DNA of 64,000 nt, from NCBI GenBank assembly GCA_907165135.1, contig OU015569.1, positions 10,664,001 through 10,728,000 of the forward strand, given 5' to 3'. Below the pieces are notes generated by a model. It did no database searches. It was not told the DNA's origin and saw nothing but the letters and a program-made list of their open reading frames with translations. The DNA is from Oikopleura dioica. Its lineage: Eukaryota; Animalia; Chordata. Positions 13,106 through 24,940 of the stretch are shown one piece after another (positions within the stretch are counted from its first letter, which is position 1; each line of letters opens with the position of its first letter). Made by a program: the position numbers and the translations under genes.

Positions 13106-14700
13106 TCAGAGCCGTAGATGCGATGAGAGCTCTTTCATCGCAAGATCGAGCTCGTCTTTTAGGTTTTGGCGGATCTTCTCGGACTTACTCGGTCTCGGGG
13201 CTTCTTCGAAAACTTCGTCGTTTGCGTGAGTTTCCTCAGAACGAGCTTTTGGCGCGGCTAAAATCAATGCTTGAAATCAAGGAAGAGAAAACAGCGGTAA
13301 AGCTTCTTACGTTGGATGGGCTCCACGATTTTTGTTAAATAGTTGGCAGGAATGATGCCGGAAGCACCCGTCGAGTTTTGCCCCTCGTACCAATTCTTGT
13401 CGATCTTGCTCGTCAATTCAAGAGTCTCGCCTTTTGTCAGCCGAAGATGTCGCTCAGATTTGGCTTCCAGATCAAAAGCCGCCACCGCCGAGCCTTTCTT
13501 CAGCGGCGAAGGAGAGCTCACACTCGTCAATGATGAGCGATCACTGCTTCGTAAGTAAGAAAGCTAAAAATTACAAACTTAGATTTCCTAGAATTTGAAA
13601 TTTACGTGATTTTTTTCCTTCAAGTTGAAGACAACAAAAAAGTCATCGACAATCCAAATCGTAAAATCAAAGCTGTTGATACTCAAAATTTACGAAATCG
13701 TAAATAGCAATCGATCACGATTTTTAATTTCGAGTTTTTCATAAAACTTAACCATCCATGGTTAATTCTGAAAACGTACGTGGCATTTTAACGCCTAGAT
13801 ATGAGCGTTGTTTAGTGAGAGCTTTATGATCTCTACAAAGGTCAAATAAATCAAAGTGGCGAGAACTTACCGGGACCATTCCGGTCATGGATCCTTTTCT
13901 GCACTGCGCCCATTGTTCATTTTTCACTTCGTCGACAGTAATTTTATCATTTCGCGAGACGGAGAGTTCCCGCTCGTTTCGCGCTTGGAAGTCGAACACT
14001 ACAGTAACCGACGAATTTCGCCGAGGAGATTTGGAGTAGACTTCGAGATCAGAAGTGCTTGACGGAATCAGATTTCGTCCCGCAGTCCGCAGAAAAGGAC
14101 CCGCGCTACTTCGGCCTTCAGGTGCATTCGACCCGGAAAGCTTCTAAAACTGGATAACCAAAATTCATTCCGTTAATTGCTGTACCTGTCGATTTTCTGA
14201 AGAGCTTCGGCGAGATGCTCGAGCACTGAGTTTCTCCCTAGTCGAGCTTTTTCGTAATCTACTGGCGATTTGTTCTTCATCTTCGAAAAACTTCTCCCAT
14301 GGTTGTGCAACGATTTCGGAGATTGACTCCTAGAATACAGAATTGTTACTGTCATGTTAAGGTGCTGATATGAAAAACAAAATCTGCGGAAAAAAATAGT
14401 TAAAGTTGTCAATAATCAATTTTGAGTAATTATTATTTAACATCTATTTCACTTGCGCGCAAGATCAAAGTCATTAACATTAAAACATCTTAACATTTGA
14501 TCGTTTAAAAAGTAAACCTCTTACAGCACCTTTGCCGCTTCTGCTCTGGCCAGGCTCATCCTCTTTTCTCTGCTGGAGTGGAAGACAATTTTCCTCTGAA
14601 ATGAAATTAATTCGGTCCTGATGACTCAGCAGCGACCCCAATTATCTCTAAAGTGGCTTTCTGATGGCGACTTTACAATGCCCATCTTCCCTATCATTCA
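13106..14700 (-). CDS. SH3 adaptor with two SH3 domains, possibly SORBS/vinexin-like; 5' end unresolved
   Basis: SH3-1 FDFQARNERELSVSRNDKI...WAQCRKGSMTGMVP; SH3-2 AFDLEAKSERHLRLTKGE...NWYEG...GIIPANYL; upstream PWEKFFEDEE. Confidence 0.65.
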
Positions 14701-15787
14701 CTTCCCGACAAATGAATTGTCATTGACCCGCAGGAAAAAAGTATCACACTTTTCAAGTTCATCAATTTATAATTTCCGTCAATAAGGCGCCGTTAAACGT
14801 ACTCCTCAATGACATTTGAATGTCATCTACTCATCAATTATTAGTCTCGAAATTAGATAGTAGAAAATCTAATTTACGAATGACTTGAAAAGTTTACCTC
14901 GGAAGGTTCATTTTCAGCAATATATTCAGGCGCGGGATTCCACTCGTCAATCTTCCCTGGCCTTGGCTTCTCCATCGCTTCGGAACGGATGAAATCAGGA
15001 TCTCTACGTCCAAAAGAAATATTTCATGGCGCGTGGGGTGGTTCTGGTCACTTCCGCTCTCACTGAACAAAGCCTTGTCAGAAGCGAACGATTTAAACAG
15101 TTGTTGTGACAGGAACTGGGCACACAAGAAAAAACGAAGCACGCAGAATCGGAATCTCTTGATTTTACTTAAAACTTTAATACTTCCGAAAATGGGGAAA
15201 GTTCTGCTTTTTTTTGAAAAGGAAATTTTAGCCTCTGGATGCACCGTGGCACCTGGCCAAGTGTCAGTGATCGCCCTGGAATAAAAAACTAAGGATAAGC
15301 TACCGCATGGACTGATGTAGGAATCGCGCCAAGGATACATAGGCAAAATTCGCCTTCGGGGAATTTCACGAATAATAACAAGCAACTAGCGCGATAACAT
15401 AAGTATGCCAAGAATGATAAGCTCATCCGCTCGATCCGTAATAATCCAAATAAAAAGTCAGCTTCAAAAGAAAGCGCTTTGAAAATTTCGAAATTTCAAA
15501 ATTTCAAATAAGCTTGGCTGAGTTGTATTAGGATGAAAAATCACTGTAAAGGAGGGAGCTGAAATCAATCATCAAGCTTAGGAAATTTGGTGATGGAACG
15601 CATGACGCGCGTGGCGAAAATCCTCAAAAAGTCGGTGAACATATCCGAGCAACATCCATGTCTCGGGATTATGAGTCCATGTTCTTGTGGGGTATTTATA
15701 CCAGCGTCGATGCCACTCTAAATCAGTTCACTTGAAAATTTAAAAATTTGTCAGCTTTTCCAATAAAAAGAAAAAATATCGAAAAAA

Positions 15788-16423
15788 ATGAAGCTTTTTC
15801 TTTCTCTCTTCAGTTTTTTGACTTTCGTGTCTGCTGGAGGCTTTGACTTTGGATTCCTGAAACCAGAGCAAATGCGGCCCAAAAGTCCGGTGCAATTGAA
15901 ATCCGTCGAAAATGCACATCAGAGACTCGAAAAACTGTGCGATCATTTGCGAAGGTTCAACGCAGCCCACTTGATATCTCACAGTAAGTAGCTATCAAAA
16001 CAGGCAGTCTGGAGTAAACTGAATTTTAGAAGGGTTTTTCGACAATGTTTTCAAAATCAACCGAATTTGCGGAAAAATGATGAACAAACTAAGCCGAAAA
16101 TGCGCCGATTTAACATGGCCCCGACCTCTAGAAAAAACCTCAAGAACACGGCGAGAGGAAAATTTGAATAAAGATGAGAGTCGGCACTCAACTGATCCGT
16201 ATGAAAATCCAATGGAGCAGCTTCACAAAGTACGCACAAACGCGTTTTGCGAACTCGAGTTAATTTCTCAATTTAGAGCGGTCGAAATCTGTTTGACTGG
16301 ATCACGGCTCATCTCGGCGAGTGCCCAAATGCAGAAGGACACCGAAGACGAATCCAACTCAGAATCGTTGATCGCTTTTCCCGCCAATTTTCAAAGCTCC
16401 AAGATGAAAACTTTCAATTATAA
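15788..16423 (+). CDS. Secreted protein of unknown family, 180 aa, 3 exons
   Basis: Signal peptide MKLFLSLFSFLTFVSA. Exons 15788-15983, 16030-16229 and 16277-16423 join in frame through canonical GT-AG introns. Four Cys. Confidence 0.75.
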
Positions 16424-16927
16424 TTTTTCGGTTAATCTTTCTATCTGTATATTCGAATCACGATGAAAAAAAAAAATAAAGAAAAAAAGGGAAACAAAAA
16501 GAAAAAGAGGGTCTTTGATCGTGCGCACGCTTCTTTGGTAGTCTTACAGTACGAAGAGGAAATAAAAAAGCTTTTGTTCGAAACTAGTCAACTAATCTTT
16601 CTCTAGTGGTTTCAGCCAAAACATATCATTAAAAGCCCCTGATACCGCAAAAGCTTTCGTTTTCTTTCTCTCTCTTTCGTTTTGAAAATTGAATCGCAAA
16701 AAGGAGGAAGGTCAAGAAGGTCCCTGCTGTGAAAAAGCAATTTCCCCTTTGACCATTTGTACAGGTAGTGCCAGTTTTAATTTCTGACACTTTCTCTTCA
16801 CTAAGAATATTCAGCTTCCGCTAGAGCTCATCTGACGCAAATTTAGATTGGAGCAAGGCCAGCAGCCTTTTTTCAATTATGAAAACACTGACAACTTGCA
16901 ATGCATTAAAACTTAATGCAAAAAAAT

Positions 16928-17387
16928 GGCCGGAAAAAATATAAATTTTTCGCCTTCGAACAGCCATAACTCGCGTGATACTTTATGAAATCAAGCGATG
17001 AAGATATCAATCGAAAGCTTAGATTCTGAGGATTGGGGCAACGTAAAAATTATTATGTAAAATCGACTTTTCTGATTGGCCGAAAATTTGAAATAATTAT
17101 TTTTGCCAGTGAAAATAATTTTTTTTCAATTTTTTTTTTCTTGCCCCATTTGTCAGAAGCTGAGCTTTTCATAGATATTTTAATCATATGATTTCATCAA
17201 TTCTAGCGTGAGATATGTCAGTTCGTAGGAATTTCAAAAAAATGTTCGTGGAATCGCCTCAGGCTATGATAAGAGGTTTTTTTCAGGTAATTTCGGGAGC
17301 TCAATAAGCCATGAAAACAACCCTATAAATGATTTCTGTCAAAGACGAAATTTTTGTCAAAATCGAAAATTTATATTTTTTCCGGCC
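16928..17387. mobile_element. MITE, 460 bp, ~24-bp TIR, 3-bp TSD (PIF/Harbinger-like)
   Basis: Left end ggccggaaaaaatataaatttttcg; right end cgaaaatttatattttttccggcc; AAT at 16925-16927 and 17388-17390. No ORF. Confidence 0.75.
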
Positions 17388-19085
17388 AATGCACATTTAC
17401 AGGAGTCCTTACCTTCTATTAAAGAAAGCAAGCTCTTTCTCTTGTTGAATTCCGTGTCCTGGTATCTCAAGGGTAGTGAGCTCGCCCAGCGGCGAGAGAG
17501 GGAGAGAAAAAAAAACTTCTAGGGCCACTTGATGACGGAATTAGTCGGTAATTACAGACTAATTAAGTTTCTTCCCAGAAGCTTTTGTGCGCCCTTGTCT
17601 CTCTTTGTCGCCCAGATTGCGCTAAAAACACAAGAATTCGTCGCAGAGTTGTAGTGTTGCTAGAAAAATTGATTGTTCTCTCTTTCTCTGTCTTTCCGTA
17701 CTGTAGTAACTGTACTGGAGAACGAGGCGTTTACCAGGAGCGCCGCGCTCTGACAACAAAAAGCAGATTATCGATTCAGGAAGGGCTGAGGATCTCACTG
17801 CGCCGCCGAGTCAAGTCGAAATGAAAAATGCACAAATAAAAAATTAACTTTTTTTTAACTCTTGGGCGAATTGGCAAAATGGGAATTGAACTGCCTCTCG
17901 ATGGACTCGGCGGCGCACTGCTCGACCGTGAAAGGAAAGGAAAGCCTAGACTATAATTGGAGTCTCGCGAGATGACCTTGATCAAGGATCGACGCCATCG
18001 CTTATCGTTTTTAATTTTGAAGCGAAGGAACCGCCTTATCGCTAATTTCAAATTTGAAACACTTTTTCTCCGGATCATTTTGGAATTCTCCCGGTCGAAA
18101 GATTTTTACGAAGAAACGCAAAATGATGTTCGATCACAAACTCAGCTGAAATCATGGAGGAAACAGGCAGTCTGAAACGGAAATTTGGATTCTGCGAGAC
18201 AGCGGAAAAAATTTTCTCGCTGTCTTGGGCGTCAACGAGGACAGTTCTCGCACCCTTTCGAGCGGAGCATTCTCGAAGAAGAAAAAAACAAGGAGTTGAG
18301 TTTCAAACCAACTAGGGACTCCGAAACCGACTCGAAAACTTTTCCATGTTGAAACTGCCGTATAAAAAGGCCTCTCCCCGTCGAAAAAGCTCACATTTTG
18401 TCAATTTGAGTAAATCAAAAGTCGGCAAAAAAGCTTACGATGGGCTCACAACCAGAGATGACCAAAGCCACCGAGGAGGAGATTCCAAAGGAGGAACAGT
18501 TCATGCAGCCTTCCCAGCCAAAGGAGCTCGAAGCGAAGTCGGAGCGTCTCAAGAAATTCCTTACCAGATCCCGGGATTCATCTTTTTTTCTGCAGGCGCA
18601 GTGTGTTAGTGTGTAAGAATATTTCGAGATCATCTCCGGCGAAAAAGGATTCTTCCACAAGCATTTCAAGACTTTAATAAACACACTTTGACATTTAATT
18701 GTTTCACCGACTGCTCACTTCAAATGAAGTCTATCTAAGAGGGTCTAATCATTCGAATACGTCGCGTTTTCAGCAGGCAATAGTAAAGTTGAGAATAAGT
18801 TCTCAAGAGACTTTGTTATTAGTAAGCTTATTCGTATCGTTCATCTAAATTATTATCGCACCGAATTATTCTTTTTTTTTTCAATCAAATTTGAGCGAGC
18901 ATCCAGCCTAAAGAGATCTTCGACGCGTAGCCAGCGCGATTTCGAGCGTAGTAGCGCGCTTTTGCGTGGGCGCCGCGGAGCCAGTCAGCGCCAAGCAGTA
19001 CGCACACGAGACCAGAGAACGCTCTTTCCAATTCTCTCATAGTTTTCCCACTTCAGGAGACAATCCTTCGTCTTCGCAGAAAAAA

Positions 19086-19728
19086 ATGTCTGGCAACAAA
19101 GAGAAACGTCGCAGCCGCAAATCTCTCCAAGATTGCAAGGCAGAATTCAGAGTAAGTTCCTTTTCAACTGAGTATTCTAATCCTCTTTCATAATTATCAC
19201 TTCTCAAAAGTTGAACTTTTCTATAAACCTCGAATTATAGGTGAGACGAACAGTTTCCGAACCTGAGCTAGAAAACCAAGACCCCCTCGCTTCCAAAGAG
19301 GAGATCTTCGCCAAGAAATATGTTGAGCCATTTGAAGCTAAAAAGGCCAAAATAGCGGTGAGTTTATCATTCGTCGGATGAAGTTCTTAAAGTTTTCTAG
19401 GAAAAAACTGCTCAATGGACCTCGATTCAAGCTATTCCCCAGCTTCAGCTTCCGGAAATCACCTCAAACGTTAGTCTAAAAATGAGCGAAAATCTGAATG
19501 AGGCATCCCTAAGGCTAGTCCCTCAATTTTTACATTCAGGATTTCAACGGCTGGGACCCGAGTCCCTTTGAAAACTCACTTGCCGCTTCAAAGATGGCGA
19601 TTGAGAATCATCTCTTCAAAGAAAGATCGAAAATTCTCATCGAGCAAGAAAACGAAAATTATCAGAAGTTCATCGCCGAGCACGAACTACTAGGGCGCAA
19701 ACACGCAGCAACAAGTGTTCCAGAATGA
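19086..19728 (+). CDS. Unknown protein, 4 exons
   Basis: MSGNKEKRRSRKSLQDCKAEFR|VRRTVSEPELE...|EKTAQWTSIQAIPQ...|DFNGWDPSPFENSL...VPE*, with three phase-0 GT-AG introns. Confidence 0.6.
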
Positions 19729-20349
19729 GAAGAAAAAGCGTTTCAAATTTGAATTTTTATTTTTAATTTTTTTTTTATTTTTTAAATTTGGTGCGAGGTC
19801 CAGATCTGTCGGTATCTTTAATTAAAAAAGGCTGTTTTTTCGTCGGAAAAGCAACCTAAAATTCGAGAGACCGGCAGTTTTGGACAAATCTTTCTGTCCA
19901 AATCGGACAGAGCGACTAATCGAAAAACTCGATTTCGTACCTTTTTCAATTTCTGTGTCCCAGAACCAGTTTATTATTTTCCTCATTTTCCCTCCGTTTT
20001 ATTTTTTGTTCACCCCCGTTTTCCCCCCACTGCCTTTTACACTTTTCACATCCCACTTTCCCACAATCACTTCAAACAAGTTTTTAAAATAAAAAAATGA
20101 CCTCACTGTAAATTGCTTTATGCAGTTTACTTTGAGGCTCGTTACTATTCTCACAATCACAAAATATAAGTTATCCCCTTTTTATTTCAGGTCTGTAATT
20201 TCCAAAATGCGGGAAATCCATTCTTCGATGCGATATAATACGCATCGTATGATGGCTCGGAGCGTTTTCATTTCTTTGATTACCACCGAGTGAGTTATTA
20301 TTAATCGCTATTTTTTCAGAGTCGGATTTCTTAAATACCCTTTCCTAAA

Positions 20350-21396
20350 ATGGTAAGCCCTTTTCCTCCCATCCCCTTTCCTCAACTCCTTTTTAGCCAA
20401 AAGGAAAGCAATCCAAGGCCCGACGAGTGGCAGCCGCTCCCTCCCTCATCAAGAAGAAGAAGGAGGTCAAAGAGCAAAACCCTCTCTTCGAGAAGCGAGC
20501 GAAGAACTTCGGAATCGGTAAGAAACTTTAGATTTCGCGGGATTACTTGCAGCCTTTAGTCACTAGAGTTTACTGAAGATAACGCAGTCTTCAAAGATTA
20601 ATTTATTCCCTTCTACTTCTGATCTTTTTTGTAGGCCAGGATATCCAGCCCAAGCGAGATCTTACTCGATTCGTCCGATGGCCAAAGTACGTCCGACTTC
20701 AGCGACAGAAGGCCGTCCTCCAGAAGCGACTCAAGGTCCCACCAATGGTCAACCAGTTCTCCAACGTACGTAAATCCGTTCCCTTCTCCTTTTCATCAAT
20801 TTTGTAGACCCTCGACCGACAGACCGCCGCTGCTTTCTTCAAGCTCGCCGAGAAGTACCGACCAGAGAACCGAGCCGAAAAGAAGGCCCGACTCTTGGCT
20901 CGAGCTGAGGCTAAGTAAGTTGACTTTTCCAACGCTAGAATTCACCCGTTTTTCCAGGGCTGCCGGCAAAGCCGACTCTGCTGATGCCCGAAAGGCTAGC
21001 TTGACCGTCGGCGTCAACCGAGTCACCACCGCCGTCGAGAAGAAGAAGGCTTCCCTCGTCGTCATCGCCCACGACGTTGACCCAATCGAGGTTGTCATCT
21101 TCCTCCCCACCCTTTGCCGACGAATGGGCGTTCCATACTGCATCGTCAAGGGCAAGTCTCGACTCGGCCGACTTGTCGGTTTGAAGAACTGCTCTTCTGT
21201 CGCCCTCACCAACGTCAACGCCGAGGACCGAAACCAACTTGCCAAGATTGTTGAGTCCGTCAACACCAACTACAACGAGCGAGCTGAAGAGATCCGACGA
21301 CACTGGGGTGGACAGATCATGTCCCAGCGATCTAACGCCCGACAGGCCAAGATCGAAAAGGCCCGAGCCAAGGAAGAGGCTAAGAAGCACATGTAA
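20350..21396 (+). CDS. RPL7A: 60S ribosomal protein L7a (eL8)
   Basis: [70 protein letters not shown]; 5 exons. Confidence 0.98.
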
Positions 21397-21531
21397 AAGC
21401 TTATTTTCCCTCCTTCTGTTCAAACTTCTTTTTCGCTCAAAATGTTTTGTGAACATCGCTCAGGCTGAAAAAGGAAGCAACTCACTCTCAATTCCCTTTT
21501 TTAGATCTCGGATCAAAAGTAATCTCTCGCC

Positions 21532-21967
21532 ATGGGCCGTGTTCGTACTAAGACTGTCAAGAAGGCTTCCCGCCGAATCATAGAAAAGTACTACATGATG
21601 CTCAACTTGGATTTCCACACCAACAAGCGAGTCATCGAGGAGATCGCCATCATCCCCACCAAGCGACTCCGAAACCAGATCGCCGGATTCATCACTCACT
21701 TGATGAAGCGAATCCGAGCCGGTCCCGTTCGAGGCATCTCCATCAAGCTCCAGGAGGAAGAGCGGTATGTCCTTCTTTACTCGAACTTCGTTTTAACATT
21801 CTACCATCAGAGAACGACGAGACAACTACGTCCCAGAGGTCTCTGCCCTCTCCGACTCCAACCTTTTGGACGTCGATCCAGCCACCAGCGCTATGGTCAA
21901 GGCTCTCGATGTCGAAAACAAGGAAGCCCTCGTCGACGCCCTCAAGTGCACCGAGTCCCGAGCATAA
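21532..21967 (+). CDS. RPS17: 40S ribosomal protein S17 (eS17)
   Basis: [21 protein letters not shown]...[11 protein letters not shown]|[13 protein letters not shown]; one intron. Confidence 0.98.
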
Positions 21968-22159
21968 GTTCTCTGAAAATAAACTGCAGCATCGCGGGTT
22001 TACCCTGCGAGCTCAGGAAATTCTGTTCAATAATTGGGTGTTTGGTTTCCCTGCATAAGTACACTCGTGTACCTATGCTTGCGTCGGCTGTAGCCTCGTC
22101 TAGCTACCTAGCCGCTTTTACCCGATCGAACTAGTCTTGTTAAACCCCAACTTTTTAGA

Positions 22160-24721
22160 ATGAATGATGCTCTCCAGCTCCGTGCGGAGTCGCGTTCATC
22201 CTTAATCGCTGTCGTTCTCGATCTCAACCCTCTCGCATGGGGGTTCAAGGCCGCTCAAGATGCTCAGGTCCGGCTCAATCTTGTTTAGTATGATCTCGAA
22301 CGAGATAAAACGGAGTGTGCCCAATTATTAGTTTACCGCTTTGACTCAAAATTATGAGTAAATCTTTGCTCTTTTCTACGATTTTAACTAAAGATTGAGC
22401 TGTATAAGAGGACATCCAAATCAGAGTCATTTGTCCAAGCACTTGATGCCACGCTCACCTTCATCAGTTCCTACTTGCTTATGACTCATGGGAATCAAGT
22501 CGTTGTTGTCGGAGCGCATCCCCTTGGAGCCGAAATCCTCCACCCGACGAACGAATACAGTGGTAATACAGCGAGCATGGTCAACCGCCAGATTGAAGCC
22601 AAAATAAACGATCTCTGCCGGAGCACTCTCCTCGATGATTCCATCACCGACGTCTCGACCTCGCCATCCTCTAGATTCAACAATGCCTTGTCCAAAGCAC
22701 TGTGCTGCATTAACCGAATGAAGAGCGATAAATCTAACATGCCTGCGCGATTGCTCGTCCTCAAGTGCGGCGGCGACTTTCTCTCGCATCAGTACTTACC
22801 CTTGATCAACTGTGCTTACGCCGCTGAACACCTCAAAGTGAGCATCGACGCTGTTGTATTGGAAGCAGAGGTGGACATACCTGTCTTCCAGCAAATGGTT
22901 GACGTCACCGGCGGCGTTTACTCTCGAGTCACCGAACCAGCCACACTCCTTCAAACGTTGCTGACGTATCATCTTCCTGACGACGATGCACGGAAGATAC
23001 TGTCAAAGGTTCCCTCCACTCCAGTCGATAGCAGAGCTGTGTGCTTCAAAACGCGGACTGTGACCGACATAGGTAAGTGCTAAAAATTGAAAATCTGGCT
23101 TCGCAATCTTTTACGATGAATTACCATAAGAATTTTTTGGCCAAAAATTTTTTTTGCGAGTTATCACTTTATTCTGAAAGCCCATATCAGAATTAGTGGA
23201 TTCCCAAAATTCTAGCGCCCGATGACGTCATTATGACGCCAGAAAAGATGATTTTATCATCAAGATAGGCAAAACTTTTTAACCGTTTTTGAGAGGGTTC
23301 TTGTTTGAAATTCGTGTTTTTCTTTTCAGAATATTGTTCAGCATGAAAAACTGAATAATCACCCGACCTAGGTCTAGGATGGGGGGTGATCGCTGGAGAT
23401 CCGAAATGAGGCGCTCGAGATGAATCACCGATGAGTGGAGCGCGGGTTGTTTGGATCTCCAGAGCGCGGAGATCGAAGCTCGATCTCCAAATCAGTCCCA
23501 GGGATTTTGTCGATCTCCAGTTTTCGGTGATCGGAGCTTTAAATTTTCTCGATCATGGATTTTTCTCGATCAAATTCATATTATGCACGGACTTTGCGGG
23601 TCAGTATCTCAGAAAATAATAATTTCTACTGCTAATCTTCAAGAAATTATCGCTCACCCGCCGAGCCGAGACTTTAGAAACAGAAACCGAACCAATTTTA
23701 GAATTATGTGATTTCAAGTGTTGAAAAATTTTGAAACCCATCTTATTGAGAAAAATACTCGAGCAGAGATAGTAAATAGTACATTTTTTATCCGAAATTA
23801 CAATCAATGTACTTGTTTTGACAAAAGATTTGAAATCTACAGTGCAGAATTAGTATTGTCTGATATTTTTAAGTTGATCCCGTCAGTCGCTTCTAATATC
23901 AGTAGCCTGGCCGAAGATTGTTTTAAAGTGACTCATCCGACTTAGGGGATCAAAAATTTTTGGATCTCCAGGAAGTGGAGATCGAGAGTGGTGATCGATC
24001 ACCGCAATTTCGGGGTGGAGATCGCGCGGATCTCCACGCAATCGGAGATCCAAACAACCCGCGCACCACTCATTGGTGATTCCTCTCGAGCGCCTCATTT
24101 CGGATCTCCAGCGATCACCCCCGATCCTAGACCTAGCACCCGACATTAACCCGTTGCCGAGCGCGTAGCATTCAGGATGCTACTACCTGCCCCGAGGCTC
24201 GAAATCCAGCCTTACTATTGGTGTAGACGGCCTCTATACACTTAGCGCTCGGCAACGACCGGTAATTTCGCTGGTTAAAAATAAAACCGTTCGGTTCGAT
24301 GAAATTTTGCTGGGTGATTGTTCAGTTTTTCATGCTGAACAAGATTCCAAAAAGAAAAAATGAATTTCTAACAAAATCCATGTCAAAAACGGTTAAAAAG
24401 TTTCATCATTTGGGGCCTTTTTTAACCTTAAATCATCATAAATGACGTCATAATGACGTCATTAGGCGCTAGAAATTTGGGAATCCACTAATTCTGATGC
24501 GGGCTTTCAGAATATAGTGATAACTCGAAAAGAAATTTTCTGCCCAAAAAATTCTTATGGTAATTCATCTTACTCCCTTTACTTATAATATCTTTGAAGG
24601 TTATGTCTGTAGCGTCTGTCTCTCTGTGTATAAGATGCTGACTCCAATCTGTATCACCTGTAAAACAGTGCTCAAGCTTCCGGGAATGCCGCCAAGTCGG
24701 AAGCGGAAACGCGAAAAGTAG
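22160..24721 (+). CDS. GTF2H3: TFIIH subunit p34/Tfb4
   Basis: LIAVVLDLNPLAW, ALSKALCCINR, VDSRAVCF, and C4 zinc finger IGYVCSVCLSVY...PICITC. The last intron (23073-24599) is enlarged by nested transposons. Confidence 0.93.
23368..24136. mobile_element. Nested non-autonomous element, 769 bp, ~93-bp TIRs, 8-bp TSD (hAT-like)
   Basis: Termini ctaggtctaggat...atcctagacctag; CACCCGAC at 23360-23367 and 24137-24144; many gatctcc/ggagatc subterminal motifs. Confidence 0.92.
24152..24257. other. Four-way-junction (cloverleaf) secondary structure at the core of the foldback element
   Basis: Perfect 13-bp closing stem cgttgccgagcgc/gcgctcggcaacg enclosing three hairpins: gtagcat/atgctac, aggct/agcct, gtgtaga/tctatacac. 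Confidence 0.7.
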
Positions 24722-24940
24722 TCACCCCTTACGATTATAAAAGAAACTGTTCAAAACTCACTCTCCTGTAAATACTTTGCTGCTTCTGTTTGCTAAAATA
24801 TACTGCCAAACTTGAGATATACTTGAGGCTACTCAGCGATTGACTCTCTTGTTTATTTCAGGAAATAAAAAGTGATAATGGAATAGCCCTAGCTGTAGTA
24901 GCAGTAGATTCAGGGGCCAGCAAATGTATTTTGAAAGAAC

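Larger units (their letters stand above)
23115..24569. mobile_element. Foldback-type non-autonomous element with ~250-bp TIRs and 4-bp TSD TTAC
   Basis: gatgaattaccataagaatttttt...ctgaataatcaccc mirrored by gggtgattgttcag...aaattcttatggtaattcatc; TTAC at 23111-23114 and 24570-24573. Confidence 0.88.

Noticed and set aside
14890-15740. Coding-like fragments on both strands
   Set aside because: Strand and frame are unresolved and no motif is recognisable.
17800-18620. Coding fragments, including a frame ending in CaaX-like CVSV*
   Set aside because: No consistent exon chain to a start codon; the CaaX may be coincidental.
20207-20356. Spliced uORF overlapping the RPL7A start
   Set aside because: The acceptor at 20319 is more simply the trans-splice site, and a 30-nt intron would be marginal.
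20518-20634. Intronic snoRNA in RPL7A intron 2
   Set aside because: No clear C/D box pair or two-hairpin H/ACA architecture.
20796-21699. Long antisense ORFs over RPL7A/RPS17 (similar ones over RPL32, PSMA3, XPOT, cubilin)
   Set aside because: These are shadow ORFs produced by codon bias in the real genes.
23431-24146. ORFs inside the nested elements as transposases
   Set aside because: They are short, derive from TIR motifs, and lack DDE or DNA-binding signatures.
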